The notes under the pieces are model-generated. The model made no database searches and had not been told where the DNA came from. It saw only the letters and a program-made list of their open reading frames with translations. Positions 1-12,807 of a DNA stretch of 64,000 nt are shown piece by piece (the first letter of the stretch is position 1; each line of letters opens with the position of its first letter). Origin of the DNA: Eledone cirrhosa (lineage: Eukaryota); NCBI GenBank assembly GCA_964016885.1, contig OZ024743.1, positions 265,236,001 to 265,300,000 on the forward strand. Direction: 5' to 3'. The position numbers and the translations under genes are program-made.

Positions 1-544
1 CAAAACTATACTACTTGTTTCACAATTGACGTTATTCATTTATATGGGAGAGCCTCTACGTCAGGGCTCTCATAATCAAGAACTCAAAAGTGTCATTACA
101 TTACATGAGGCACAGTGGGCAAAAAGTGATAGGGGGGAGGCATGATTTCCACCATTTATAATGTTATTCTGCAATGCAGTTGATAGGCTATTATTTATTT
201 ATTTTTGATTTTCATCAAAATGAATACACATATGATAGTAAGAGGTATATGTGAATTAGTGCTATAGTAGGGCCTCACATTTTCCGTATCAAATTTTCAT
301 TAATTCCATTTTTATGTTTGGTAAATTTCAGATTTTCCGTTTTTACTTTTGAAATATTTCGTTTTTTTTAATTTTTTTTTATTTTACATATTATTGCATA
401 TCATGGGTAAATTGCAATACACTCTAATATAAATATTATTAAATTAAGACGTTTAAATAAAATATTACCACGAACATTGTTCTGACGCACGCCAGAAACA
501 GTAGTTAGCTGGCCACTTGCGGTCCGTGGGTTGTCTGCTTGTGA

Positions 545-740
545 ATCCTGTTCTACGTAGTCAGTCGATCCGCTAGAAATAGCGGCCAAATATATTTCAA
601 ATCAATCCTAACACACGCAACATCTATGAGAATGCAATAAGTAACATCTAGAACTGAATTAACTAATGTCGGCATATAAGATGGGATGGCCATGACTTAA
701 AAGCTTTGAACTTAGTTCCGCTCAATTGGGGCTGCTCTAT
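545..740 (+). mobile_element. Dispersed SINE-like repeat family B (GAAATAGCAGCCAAAT...GATGGGATGGTCATG...)
   Basis: Recurs in degenerate form at ~2725-2900(-), 6800-7230, 16325-16470, 20275-20415(-), 37280-37560(-), 38040-38175 and 41780-41980(-). Confidence 0.6.
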
Positions 741-774
741 ATCAAGAATGAAATGGAATTAGTTCCTGTTTGTT

Positions 775-945
775 TCCTGACAAATGACCTAGTTGTTCAA
801 TAAAATGAACGTCCTGCTCGAGTAATTCATGTGCAAGTGACCGTGGATTCCATTGACACGTATCCTATTTAACTATTACTCAGCAAGATTTCGTCTTTGT
901 ATGTGACAAAACCTTCTCTTTGAATTACAGGCATATTCCATCCAG
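775..945 (+). mobile_element. Dispersed SINE-like repeat family C (CCTGCTCG..AATT.A.GTGCAAGTG...TTTGAATTACAGG)
   Basis: Related segments on the minus strand at ~7550-7630, 28850-28975 and 52000-52170. Confidence 0.55.
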
Positions 946-1250
946 CAAACACCGTGGGTTTGGTAACTCACACTTGCTGAAGATGCAGGGACATAATATT
1001 TGGGAAGCAAACTTCTTAATCATTCGGTTATGATGTTTCCATGATCTTTGACTAAACAACATCATATATAGCTTCCTACATTCTCATGCCTTGGGCCTTG
1101 ACAAAATTATGCGGTTAAGAAGAGATCGCTTCATAACCATGTTGTTCCATATTCGATCTCAATGTGTGAGACCATGAATGGTAGGAAATACTATTTAATG
1201 ATTGAATTGTGATACACACATACACACGTCTGTGTGTCTATCATTATATA

Positions 1251-1916
1251 CGGTGGATTGGCAGTATCGGTAGAGAGTCGGACGCCATGCTTTCCAGCAT
1301 AGTTACGTCCCTTTACGATCTGAGTTCAAATCCCGCCGAGGTTGACTTTGCCTTTCATCCTTACGGGGTCGATAAAATAAAGTACCAGTAATGCACTGGA
1401 TAATTGCTGGCCTTGTGCCTAAAGTAGAAACAATTATATACGGTGGATTGGCAGTATAGGTAGAGAGTCGGACGCCATGCTTTCCAGCATAGTTATGTCC
1501 CTTTACGATCTGAGTTCAAATCCCGCCGAGGTTGACTTTGCCTTTCATCCTTAGGGGGTCGATAAAATAAAGTTCCAGTAATGTACTGGGTAATTGATGG
1601 CCTTGTGCCAAAAGTAGAAATAATTATATACATATATAATGGCGGTGCATTGGCAGTATCGGTAGAGGGTCAGTCACCATGCTTTGCAGCAAAGAGTTAC
1701 GGCTCTTTACGTTCTGAGTTCAAATCCCGCGGAGGTTAACTTTGCCTTTCATCTTTACGGCGTCGAAAAATAAAGCACCAATAATACACGGTGATAATTG
1801 CTGGCCTTGTGCCACAAGCAGAAAAAATTATATACTTATATGGAATATTGCCGAGGTTAACTCTGCCTTTCGTCTCTACGGGGTCGATGAAATAAAGTAC
1901 CAGTAATGCACTGATA
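1251..1916 (+). mobile_element. Tandem cluster of tRNA-derived SINEs (family A, Meta/MESC-like core): full copies 1251-1440, 1441-1630, 1641-1832 and a partial copy 1850-1916
   Basis: Pol III A-box-like TGGCAGTATCGG and B-box GAGTTCAAATCCC, then the core TTTGCCTTTCATCCTTACGGGGTCGATAAAATAAAGTACCAGT and the tail GGCCTTGTGCCTAAAGTAGAAACAATTAT. The first two copies have an exact 190-bp period with about 9 differences. Confidence 0.9.
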
Positions 1917-3107
1917 TAATATATATGTATCAATCAGGATGGAATCAGTTTGAAATTGGTTAGATCATGACTCACCAGAGTATTTGATACTTGGAACAGT
2001 AGAGTATGGTTATATTATAAAGATTCGGGTAGGCAACAGCTGATCACTTGCCTTTTCATATATATTGTAGGTATGTAGGGGAGACAGAGAAAAGAGTGCG
2101 AATGGGCAGAGAGAGCATGAGAGAGAGTGAGAAAGAGCGCTGTGTCTGTATGTATATGGAAGAAAGATATATTTCGGTGAAGAATGCAAACATCCTATAT
2201 ACAATATAGTGAACCATTAATTGTGGCCAGTTTGAAACATTTATCCAATGACATTATTCTTCATCAGTTATAAACTAAATACAATAAAATAAACACCCGT
2301 CACTGCCTATCTCCCCTCCACCTCTTCCAGTCCCCTGTTAACCCAATTCCTTCATTTCACATATCTTATTTTTTCATGCTTCCTTTTCTCCCCTTTAGAA
2401 TATACACACTTTCTCTCAACTGTCCCGTCCACCATTTTCTTTGATTTCCCTTCTAGAATCTTCTTCCACTTCTAGTAGTAGTAGTAGTAGTAGTAGTAGT
2501 TGTAGTGTACTTTATGACGGTGAAGGTGGTGGTTATCGCGGTCGTGGAAGTGGTTGTATTAGTAGTAGTTGTTGTAGCTGCAACTGCTGTGGTGGTGGTG
2601 GTGTTGGCAGTTGTTGTAACTGTGGTGGGGCTAATGGTGGTACTGGTTGACGTGCTGCTGGTGGTAGTGGTGTTGGTGGTGATGGTGGTTGTTGGTGGTG
2701 ATTGTGCTAGTGATGTATGTTTAGACCCCTGGTGAGCCCTATTTAAACAGAAGACATTCCAGAAAAAGCTAATCTGTTTTATTTATGGGACTAACTATCT
2801 AGGACTACATTATCTGTACATTTCTATCTTCCAGATGATAGTATGTAAAAGCATGGAAATAGATATGCCTGTTAAATCTAGTATGTCAGGCGACAATATA
2901 AAAGATCCCTCACTGTAGAAAGTACATTTATCTCAGCTCAAATGGTAAATATGTTTCATTGGTACCCCCCTTTTTACCTTATATTTTTTAAATAAAGCAC
3001 ATTGTCTGAAATGCTTGGATGTTTGCGTTCTGAGTTCAAATCCCATCGATGTCAAATTGTCCAGAGTCGATAAAAAAAAACACTATCTTCTACTGGTCCG
3101 TTTATTT

Positions 3108-3820
<713 letters not shown>

Positions 3821-4623
3821 TGTCTTTCTCTCCAACTGTCTCACTTTTTTTCTTTTTTTTCTCTTCCACCGTCTCTCACCCTTTCCTTCCAGACCTCGCT
3901 CACTTTTCCAGAATCAACTATCTCGGAGTCAACCACTCAATTTGTTTCTTTTTTTATATATGAAGAAACACTAAGCTTGTAACCATTTCTCATAAAGAAT
4001 CTCACATGCTATAAGAACAGTCGAAGGACGGGCCAACGTGACACGCAACAAAGAACGGAAATAGTAGAATGTCTATAAGCTATGTTAAAATACTGCTGAG
4101 ATCGACTTTCAAGCGTTAGCAGTAGGCCACAAACTTACAGGATTAGGCATAATCGATTATATCGATTATAATATTTGACCATTTCTTTATTGTATTACTC
4201 TTAGTAGAAGGAAAAATATATGACTCGGCAGTATTTGAACTCATAAGGCAGAGAATCGCCAGCTAATAAAACACTCGTATTAAGCGATTCTCACAGCGTA
4301 GAATTAAACTATACATGTTTATACTTAAGTGACCTGCCTCATTTAAGATTAACTTATTTCGCGTAGGCATAATAAATTATTGTGTAATGAACAGAACTGG
4401 ATATGAAATATCTGACTTTTGTCATGTGGTCTCTCAATCACTCTCACCACGGTCAATATAATATTATTCGTAAATATACAAAAGTATATACATAGTACAC
4501 ATAGTCACTATCTATTTGATTTGTCTACAAAAATGCAGACAAGCATCCGTACATATATATATATACAAGCATACATAGATACATGCATACATACATACAT
4601 GCATGCATACATACATATATACT

Positions 4624-5320
4624 AAAAAACCTAACATGGAGTTCCGACAATTTCATAATATCCCTCCTTGAAGGATATCTCCGTGTAATCCAAGAAATAT
4701 CAGCCAAATACCTACTACATAAAAGAAGGCTGAGAAGGCTACATGTAGGCTGAGAAAAACAAAGATTGAAGATGTTAGCCACCTTATTGCCAACTTTGAA
4801 AGAATGTCTTCTCGTTACTACCTCCGATGAAGCATAATGCTATAGCTAGAACGTTCTGGAATGCATTGCGGAAGACGAAAATAAGATCAAATATTGGGGT
4901 ATATGTTAAGACTGATTGCTCAAACGAATACTGGTGGAACCTTTCAATATAAGCACAACTGGCTTGATATTGTTGTTTGGGACCACACATTAAAAGCAGG
5001 TTCTGTTGTAGAAGTCAGCTGCGTACTTGACGTCAATCTGGTGAGAAAATACAACAGAAGGCGGATATTTATGGTCAATTGACGAGGATTTTGTAGATCC
5101 ATTATCCGAAATATACTTTCAGATTCATACTAGTCATTATTGACACTACAAGCTATCAACCAACACGGTTGAAGCAAAGTATAATTGAGCTTGAATTTGT
5201 GGAGAAAAAACGTCGCTCCTTAATTCCTAAGCTACACATGACCACGACAGTTTTCCTTCTTTACAACCTTGGCAACGGGAAGGTGACCGGTCAAAAATAA
5301 ACTCAAAATTAAGAGAGAGT
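4624..5320 (+). pseudogene. Decayed 3' part of an R4/Dong-like non-LTR retrotransposon (CCHC knuckle plus restriction-like PD-(D/E)xK endonuclease)
   Basis: Manual translation across frameshifts: EGYLRVIQE-ISAKYLLHKR, CRLRKTKIEDVSHLIAN-F, RYYL-MKHNAIARTFWNAL, EYWWNLSI, KHNWLDIVVWDHTLKAGSVVEVSCVLDVNL, IYGQL...YPKYTFRFILVII. This matches the motif order of RLE-type elements. Confidence 0.8.
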
Positions 5321-5346
5321 ACATACATACATACATACATACATAA

Positions 5347-5890
5347 TGGATGCACCCTTGTTATCGCGTATGACCATCACACGACATCTTAAAAAAAAAA
5401 AAAAATATTGGTACTACGATCAAATGTGTCTTTGTAACCCGGTTAATGTTTCAAAATGCCTTGCACAGAGTCGGCATTTATGATAAAAACGTTCATAGGC
5501 ATTAGAAGCTTATGGTTGTTCGTTATGTTCTTTTGCATGTCGTTTGAGCCTTCATGCTTATCTACACTCTTTTCCACATGGTTGGCCGGTATGATGAGTA
5601 GCCTTGGAGTCTACCACTTGTTTCACTGTGTGACTGTGAAGATTTTTTTTTAGTCTTGCTCAGACGTCGAATATCAGCTCCATACGATCACCGTCGGTGT
5701 CTGGAAATGCAACATGATTACCTTTCCTGACATTCCGTTTCAGTTTCTTGTTTGTGATTCGATAGGCCTCAAAAGCAAATTTCCCCTCATGTATTTACTT
5801 TTTCAATCTTTGTTGCGTTCAGCAGGTTCACTTCCCATGTATCAACAGAGATTTTAGCCTCATTCAGTGAGGTTTTCAACAAATATTTAT
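5347..5890 (-). pseudogene. 3' fragment of an RTE-clade LINE with C-terminal C2H2 zinc fingers
   Basis: Minus strand reads YKYLLKTSLNEAKISVDTWE, then (frameshift) IHEGKFAFEAYRITNKKLKRNVRKG, then degenerate fingers CGKECR*A*RLKRHAKEH and KCRLCARHFETLTGLQRHI. It ends in a (TATG)n tail. Confidence 0.75.
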
Positions 5891-5963
5891 ATATCTTTAT
5901 ACATACGTACACACACACATACATACATACATACATACATACATACATACATACATACATACA

Positions 5964-5994
<31 letters not shown>

Positions 5995-6877
5995 GTACAT
6001 GCATACATACATACATGCATACATACATACATCCATACATACATGCATGCATACATACGTACATGCATGCATACATACATACGAGCATATATACATACAA
6101 ACATACATACATCCATGCACACATACATACGTATATACGTGACAGTCATTTCACAACACATTGTAAGGTTACACAATTACTACCGAAGATCAAGAGATTG
6201 CTAGAAATTATCTATTGAAAAAAAAAAAGACCATGAAGTATTTAAGCATGCAAAATGCGATTATGTTATATTCCTCCAAAAATGAATTAAGGTTTTACTC
6301 TCCTATGAGGTTTGATGTTGTTCCTAAAACAATATCCAATGCTTTAGGATAAACAAAGAAAATATTTATGTTGTTTTATTACAAGCGTACCTTTCAGCAC
6401 GATAAATATTGGAGGAATATTGTTATTAAGACATTAAACAAATGTAAGCATCAGAACTGATATAGTTGTTTTGGACAGAAAAGGAATATGATGTGCTATT
6501 CTAGAGGTCAATTTCGCTTGCAGATGTAAACATTTCTTTTAATAATTACAAACAAAGACAATATTTACGGGCAACGGTTTCGATATTTATTGCTTTTGTA
6601 CCCGGATTATGAATTTATTTTTATATTTATAATATTGATGCACTTAGATATGTTCTAAATGCGGAAGTAATAACCTAGAAGGGCCAAGAATGTCAATGAA
6701 AGAAAGTTACCTGTTAACAGGCTTTCTAAATATAATTAGCACCTAAATCTGGCCACATTTTCTGTAACAATGCGAGGAAACGGGAGTGAGATTTCACTGA
6801 GAGAAATAGCAGTAAAATATCCCTCAAGTCACACATAACGTCTTAGAAAAATGAACATATTCTAATGAGGTCTAGGG

Positions 6878-7172
6878 CAGTATTACTCAAAGTGGTGGTC
6901 CGCGAGCCATCAGCTACCGGTACGCGGCCAGTGTCCAGGCCATGATAATGAATCATTTCAGGAATTTTTTTTATTACTGTTTTATATATTTTGATATTGT
7001 ATTATTTGTTTACAAAATAAATAGAAGATAACAAAAATGGTCAACTATTATTATATTCATTATATATATCGTTTCCGGTATAAATTAATATTACTACGAA
7101 ATATTAGCGGTACGTGGCACATTGAAAAAAAAAAATACCGGTTCGCCACATCAGATAGTTTCAGAAACACTG
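6878..7172. mobile_element. Non-autonomous hAT (Charlie-like) MITE, 295 bp
   Basis: Imperfect TIRs CAGTATTACTCAAAGT / AGTTTCAGAAACACTG and a perfect 8-bp TSD GTCTAGGG (6870-6877 and 7173-7180), similar to the NTCTAGAN target preference of Charlie elements. Confidence 0.9.
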
Positions 7173-7746
7173 GTCTAGGGTGCCCTAACCATAGAAAAGA
7201 AAAAAAGGATGGTTATTATTAGAATAAAATAGGATTCTGTATTATCGACTCTCCTCTATACAAAATTGTTGGCCCAATGGCTTAATTACAAAACATTTAT
7301 TGTCGTTGATCATGATGGTGGATGCCATGATGTCTAAAATGACGATTTAGCAGAGTGGGTTATGCGTCAAATATAATACCTCTCAGTAATTGCTCTGGTA
7401 TGTTGCGATCAGACAGCAACGTGTGCGACAGCGCTAGAGTTTTCCTTGCTCTATCAGCGTTTGCATTTCTCATGCTCACCACCCGTGATGTTAAATGAGA
7501 AGACTTGCATGATGGGCAATTGCTGATCTTCGCAAAAAATCAAATACTTACCCGTACCTGAATCTTCCCGAGAACTACGTTAAATGTGCGCATGTCTATG
7601 GAGTGGTCAGTTCGTTGCACGTCAATATTGCGAAGATGATGATGTGTTTTCTTTTAATAACTTGCACGGTGAGTGTCTTCGGAAACGTCGGAGGACCTGT
7701 AGATATATGTGTGTGTCTATGATATATTTCCCCGCTGTAATCTCGA

Positions 7747-7827
<81 letters not shown>

Positions 7828-7872
7828 CTCTCTCTCTCCCTCCCTCTGTCTCTCTCTCTCCCTCCCTCTCTC

Positions 7873-7909
<37 letters not shown>

Positions 7910-8015
7910 ATGCATGCATGTATGTATACACAAATATATACGCATGTGCACATGTAGTAATATATAGACACATACATGCACATACATACCATATATTTCC
8001 TCTCTTCATCTACTA

Positions 8016-8058
<43 letters not shown>

Positions 8059-8195
8059 TAAATATTTCTATCACCCAATTTATCTGTATAACTATTTATT
8101 ATCTAACTATATATCTAACATTATCTATATTTTATGGCACTTTAATTATACCATTATAAACACACATACACAATAAATACACATGCACACACATA

Positions 8196-8256
<61 letters not shown>

Positions 8257-8541
8257 ACGTATATATAAAATACATTAATGCAGATGTTTATATTTTATGG
8301 AAATTTTAAAAAATATCTATAACTAAATAGAGACCTCAATACGTGAAATAGAATTAAATATGAATTTCTTTAAAGGTGGGAATAATTTTGATGTATTCTC
8401 AAATGGATTTAACACGGCTTAAACATGTTAAAATACATTCAAATATTTTATAGGAATATCATGTAAGATAAACAGTTGTAATGGGAAAAGTAGCATTATC
8501 AATAAAGCATAATTTAAAATAAATATTTAAAAATTATTAGT

Positions 8542-8969
8542 CATGAATCTGGGGTAATGACCGAAAGGATACGATGACGAGTACAAGCGACCAGAATGGG
8601 GTTCCTCCGAAGGGTTATTGGAGTAACGTTACTCAATACAGTGCGTAGCTCAGAGATCAGAGAGTCATTCCAGGTATAGCTGCTACTTCACTGAATTAAG
8701 AGATCGCAGCTTCGATACTATGGGCATGTGGTTAGAATGTTTCAGGGAAGAATCGTTGGACAGATTTTACGGCTAAAACCAACCGTCAGGAGCCCCAATA
8801 GTAGACTTCTAACAAGTTGGTTGGATAACATGAATTAGCTTGGCTGGTCTCACTTAGCGATCTAGCCGTATCAGTTGGAAACGTTTGCTTGTGACAGGAT
8901 GCACTGGAGGGAGAGTTTGAGGACTCTGCCCCTACGACCCTCCCAAGATTAAGTGGGTGAAGAAGAAGA
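8542..8969 (+). pseudogene. 5'-truncated RTE LINE resembling Expander/Rex3
   Basis: Single frame with stops: HESGVMTERIR*RVQATRMGFLRRVIGVTLLNTVRSSEIRESF...IKRSQLRYYGHVVRM...DRMHWRESLRTLPLRPSQD*, followed by a short (GAA)n tail. Confidence 0.85.
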
Positions 8970-9746
8970 GAAATGAGTTTATATTATATATATGGTTATA
9001 GGGAGAAAAAGTAATGCATCAAAAACAAATAAGGCATGATAGTGGGATGGAAATCATTTCGTGGACATAGAAGTACATTAAAGGTTTCCCAATACTTGAA
9101 GTGCGGCGAGTCGTTAGAAAGTGGAGTAGAAAGCTTTGCTATATTTCTTCTGACACTCTGCTCCCTGAGTTAATATAAGGCCGAGGTCAACTTTGTCTTT
9201 CATTCTTTTGAGTTCGATAAATCAAGTGTCAGTCTAATAGTAGGTTGATGCTTCCTCTATAGCTCTTTTTTTAATTACTTTCTGTCACTCTTAACTTTCT
9301 CTGAAAAAAATCCGTTGTGTCCAGTAATAGTGAGGGGACAGGTTGCGCCAGGTTTTAAAATACACAAGAAACGCTTTATTTCAATCTATGATTTGCAGGA
9401 TCATTTCATCCATCCATCAATCCATTCATCCATACATATATATATAAATACAAACATACACACAAAATACATACATATTTACGTACATACATACATGCAT
9501 ACACACTTACGTACATACATACATACAAAATACATACATACTTAAGTACATACATACGTTAAATGTCTTATGGAATCGTAGGGGCACCATCTTCACACTT
9601 AGCGTGTCATGGGTATTTTAAACCTGGAGGAGTCTATATCTACGGAAATTGCGTATGTATGTGTGCATGTATGTTTGTATGTATGCGTAAGCATGCATGT
9701 ATGTATATGTATTTGTATCTATGTTTGGGTGTGTCTGTGTGTGTGA

Positions 9747-9789
<43 letters not shown>

Positions 9790-9823
9790 ATATGATATAA
9801 AATACATGAAACTGGCGTATACC

Positions 9824-9886
9824 TGCCTACGTACTCCGAGTTTCCCGAAGTAAGTTAAAATTACTTCATTCGTCAGCGTTCGGGCA
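9824..9886 (-). ncRNA. Type I hammerhead ribozyme motif
   Basis: Minus strand: UGCCCGAACG-CUGACGA-AU-GAAGUAA(UUUUAAC)UUACUUC-GG-GAA-ACUCGGAGU-A-CGUAGGCA. Core intact, 7-bp stem II, GUA cleavage triplet, interrupted stem I. Confidence 0.65.
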
Positions 9887-11028
9887 ATCAGTATATGTAC
9901 CTCTATGGTTATATATTGACCGCTCCTCCTTTAGTGATTACAACTAAACATCCAGGCAACAATATATATATATATTATGAAATTGCATCTCGGTGTAACC
10001 TAGACTGTTGATCACACTTTTTAATATATGTGTATATATATATATATATGATATATTTCCTTTATGTCGTTTTGGAAGCCTCAACAATGCAGATGAGTAA
10101 TTCTCCGGGTAACAAGATCCGGTGGTGAAGAGAGAGATGTAAGTGAATGTAGAGTGAGATGTATAGTGTGTAGAAGAACGTAGGAAAGAGCGTAATATAT
10201 ATATAATATAAAGCGAAAAATCAGTGATGCATCTGAACTCAATTTATTGTGTGTTACAATTGTTTCGCCGGCAGACAGCTCGAGACACGATCATTGTACG
10301 GATCTGTCTGATTCTGGAAACTGCAGGTTCGTCGGACACTGGCAATAATTCTGGACCAAATTTTCTCACTGGGGTGTTAGCGTCAAAAAACATCTTCCTC
10401 GCTTGTCCTGCTGTTGGCTGTTGTTTAATTACGCCATCATAAAGTCTTGCCAATAGTTGCTGTCAGACTGTCCATCACCTACCCTCTGCCTGACACACTT
10501 CAACGAATTCATGGTTGGTTTGGTATTTAACAAGTCCACTCGCACACACATATACACATATACCCACACACATACATACACATATACACATACACACAAA
10601 TATACATACATACACATATACATACACATATATACCTATAAATATATATATATATATATATTTTCTCTCTCTCGTCTACGATTTCACAGAACTTACGTTC
10701 ACCGAATTCACAGACTAGATCCCTTCTTCCTCCCGTTAGACCTGTACGGAATTCCTTCCTTGCTCACATTCCAACCAGGTTTGATGGTCTTTATTCTCTC
10801 TCGTTCACGATTTTACCGAATTTAAATTCATAGAAATTTGGGACTTGACTCCTTCTTCCTCACTTTTCGTTGCTTTAACATCTTTGTTTGTTTACACTCG
10901 GGTCCCCTTTATTTACGTGTCCCAACGACTTTTTTTAGCCGTTGCTCGCACCAACCGGAGGTATATGGTCTTTAAAGCGATGAAATACCAATGATGGTTA
11001 GAAGATCACTGATGAAGGACTAACTTTA

Positions 11029-11077
<49 letters not shown>

Positions 11078-11081
<4 letters not shown>

Positions 11082-11450
11082 CGTTTCTGAATTTGTTTAC
11101 CAAGATTCTTTATCTGAAAACGTGTGTTGAAATCGATATTGTTATGCTTTGGGAGGGTCATGTTGCCAATAAGAAACACACGCACCAGATTTTTCATCTT
11201 CAATTTATTATGGATTAAATTTATAAATTTCCGGTTGGTTGGTTGGTTCCACAACCAAACGATTGTTCATATATTGTCAAAGTTCTTTCGTCAAACATTC
11301 TGTGAACTCTTCAGTGACTGGGGATTCTTTTCTTTGTTTTTGTGCCTCTCCTTTGTTCTGTCCTATGCCATCTTGTTTTCGTGTGAAGTCCACCGATACT
11401 GCCAACACACGCAAAAACAAGATGGCATAGGACAGAACAAAGGAGAGGCA

Positions 11451-11455
<5 letters not shown>
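11078..11455 (-). mobile_element. PLE pLTR-like relic related to the 34.8-kb element, with a ~45-bp inverted duplication (11341-11385 / 11407-11452)
   Basis: Shares CGTGTGT.GAAA...TATTGTTAT.CTT.GGGAGGGTCAT with 34797-34825 and 36090-36175; flanked by (AT)n and (CA)n. Confidence 0.7.
11276..11318 (-). ncRNA. Minimal type I hammerhead motif
   Basis: GUCA-CUGAAGA-GUUCACA(GAA)UGUUUGAC-GAA-AGAACU-U-UGAC; stem I is GUCA/UGAC. Confidence 0.6.
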
Positions 11456-11483
<28 letters not shown>

Positions 11484-11628
11484 TGGCTCAATTCTATATT
11501 AAATATATATATATATATTTAATATAGAAATGGCTTCTACAGAACTGTTTCATTCGGGAGAAATTATACTCTGTTATGTATTGAGTACATTACTTAGTAT
11601 GGTTACCCCCGATTGAACCCAGGATAAA

Positions 11629-11701
<73 letters not shown>

Positions 11702-11717
11702 ATGTATATATATATAT

Positions 11718-11819
<102 letters not shown>

Positions 11820-12708
11820 TATATATATATATATATATGTGTATGTACATTAATATACATTATATGTGTGTATGCGTGTGTATGTGTATGTTTCTCTGTG
11901 TGTGTGCCAGTGTGTGCGTATTTGTTCGAATACATCACGGAGAAGAACAAAAACCAAACACTTTCAAATAGAGTTACCCTTTGTGATATTTCTTCCGCAC
12001 AGCGACTCGCTTGTCCCTTTCGCCATTATAAACGCAGTGGTCCATTAAATCTTACGTTGGAAACCTCTGCCTAACGACGCTAATGTTGACCAATTGTGAC
12101 ATAAATTGATTAATTAAATAAACATCTCGTCAAGCTTAAATGAACAAAACGGAGGCTCTCTACATTGACAAACAGCCAGTTAGAAACAACAGCCACATTT
12201 CCTACAGCACCTACCGTCTTGGTGGTGTTTGTATCGATGCCATTCGTCAAGGCATTACAAATAGTTTTGTGTGTGTGTTGGGGAGGCTGATGATAGCTGG
12301 TCATAATGTAGGAAGTCCACATTATATACTGTCATTTTTGTTCTACTCTCTTATGATTTTACTGTTTTCAGTCATTTTACTGCGGTCGTAGGGCAGCACC
12401 TCTTTGCTTTAGTCGATCGTACTGAGTGCAGTACTTATACTGCAAAGCATATGCCCGACGCTCCACCGATACTGCCAATCCACCAACCTTAAAAGTTTCT
12501 GATTTAGTCACAAGGTCAAAGATTATACTGCATAAAGCGATCGTGTTAAACTGTCGTTAGGGCGCCGGATCTAAAATATTGTTGTGTCTGTATTGGCTCA
12601 CTGCTCTCTGATTTGAAATTTCATCGTGGTCAACTTTGTGTTTGATCCCTTCTCCCTTGTCGATATATGATATACCAGTCCAGTACTTGGGTGGGTTTTA
12701 CCTTTTTC

Positions 12709-12807
<99 letters not shown>

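Noticed and set aside
1255-1340. tRNA gene
   Set aside because: A and B boxes are present but there is no cloverleaf, and the sequence continues into the SINE core in all copies.
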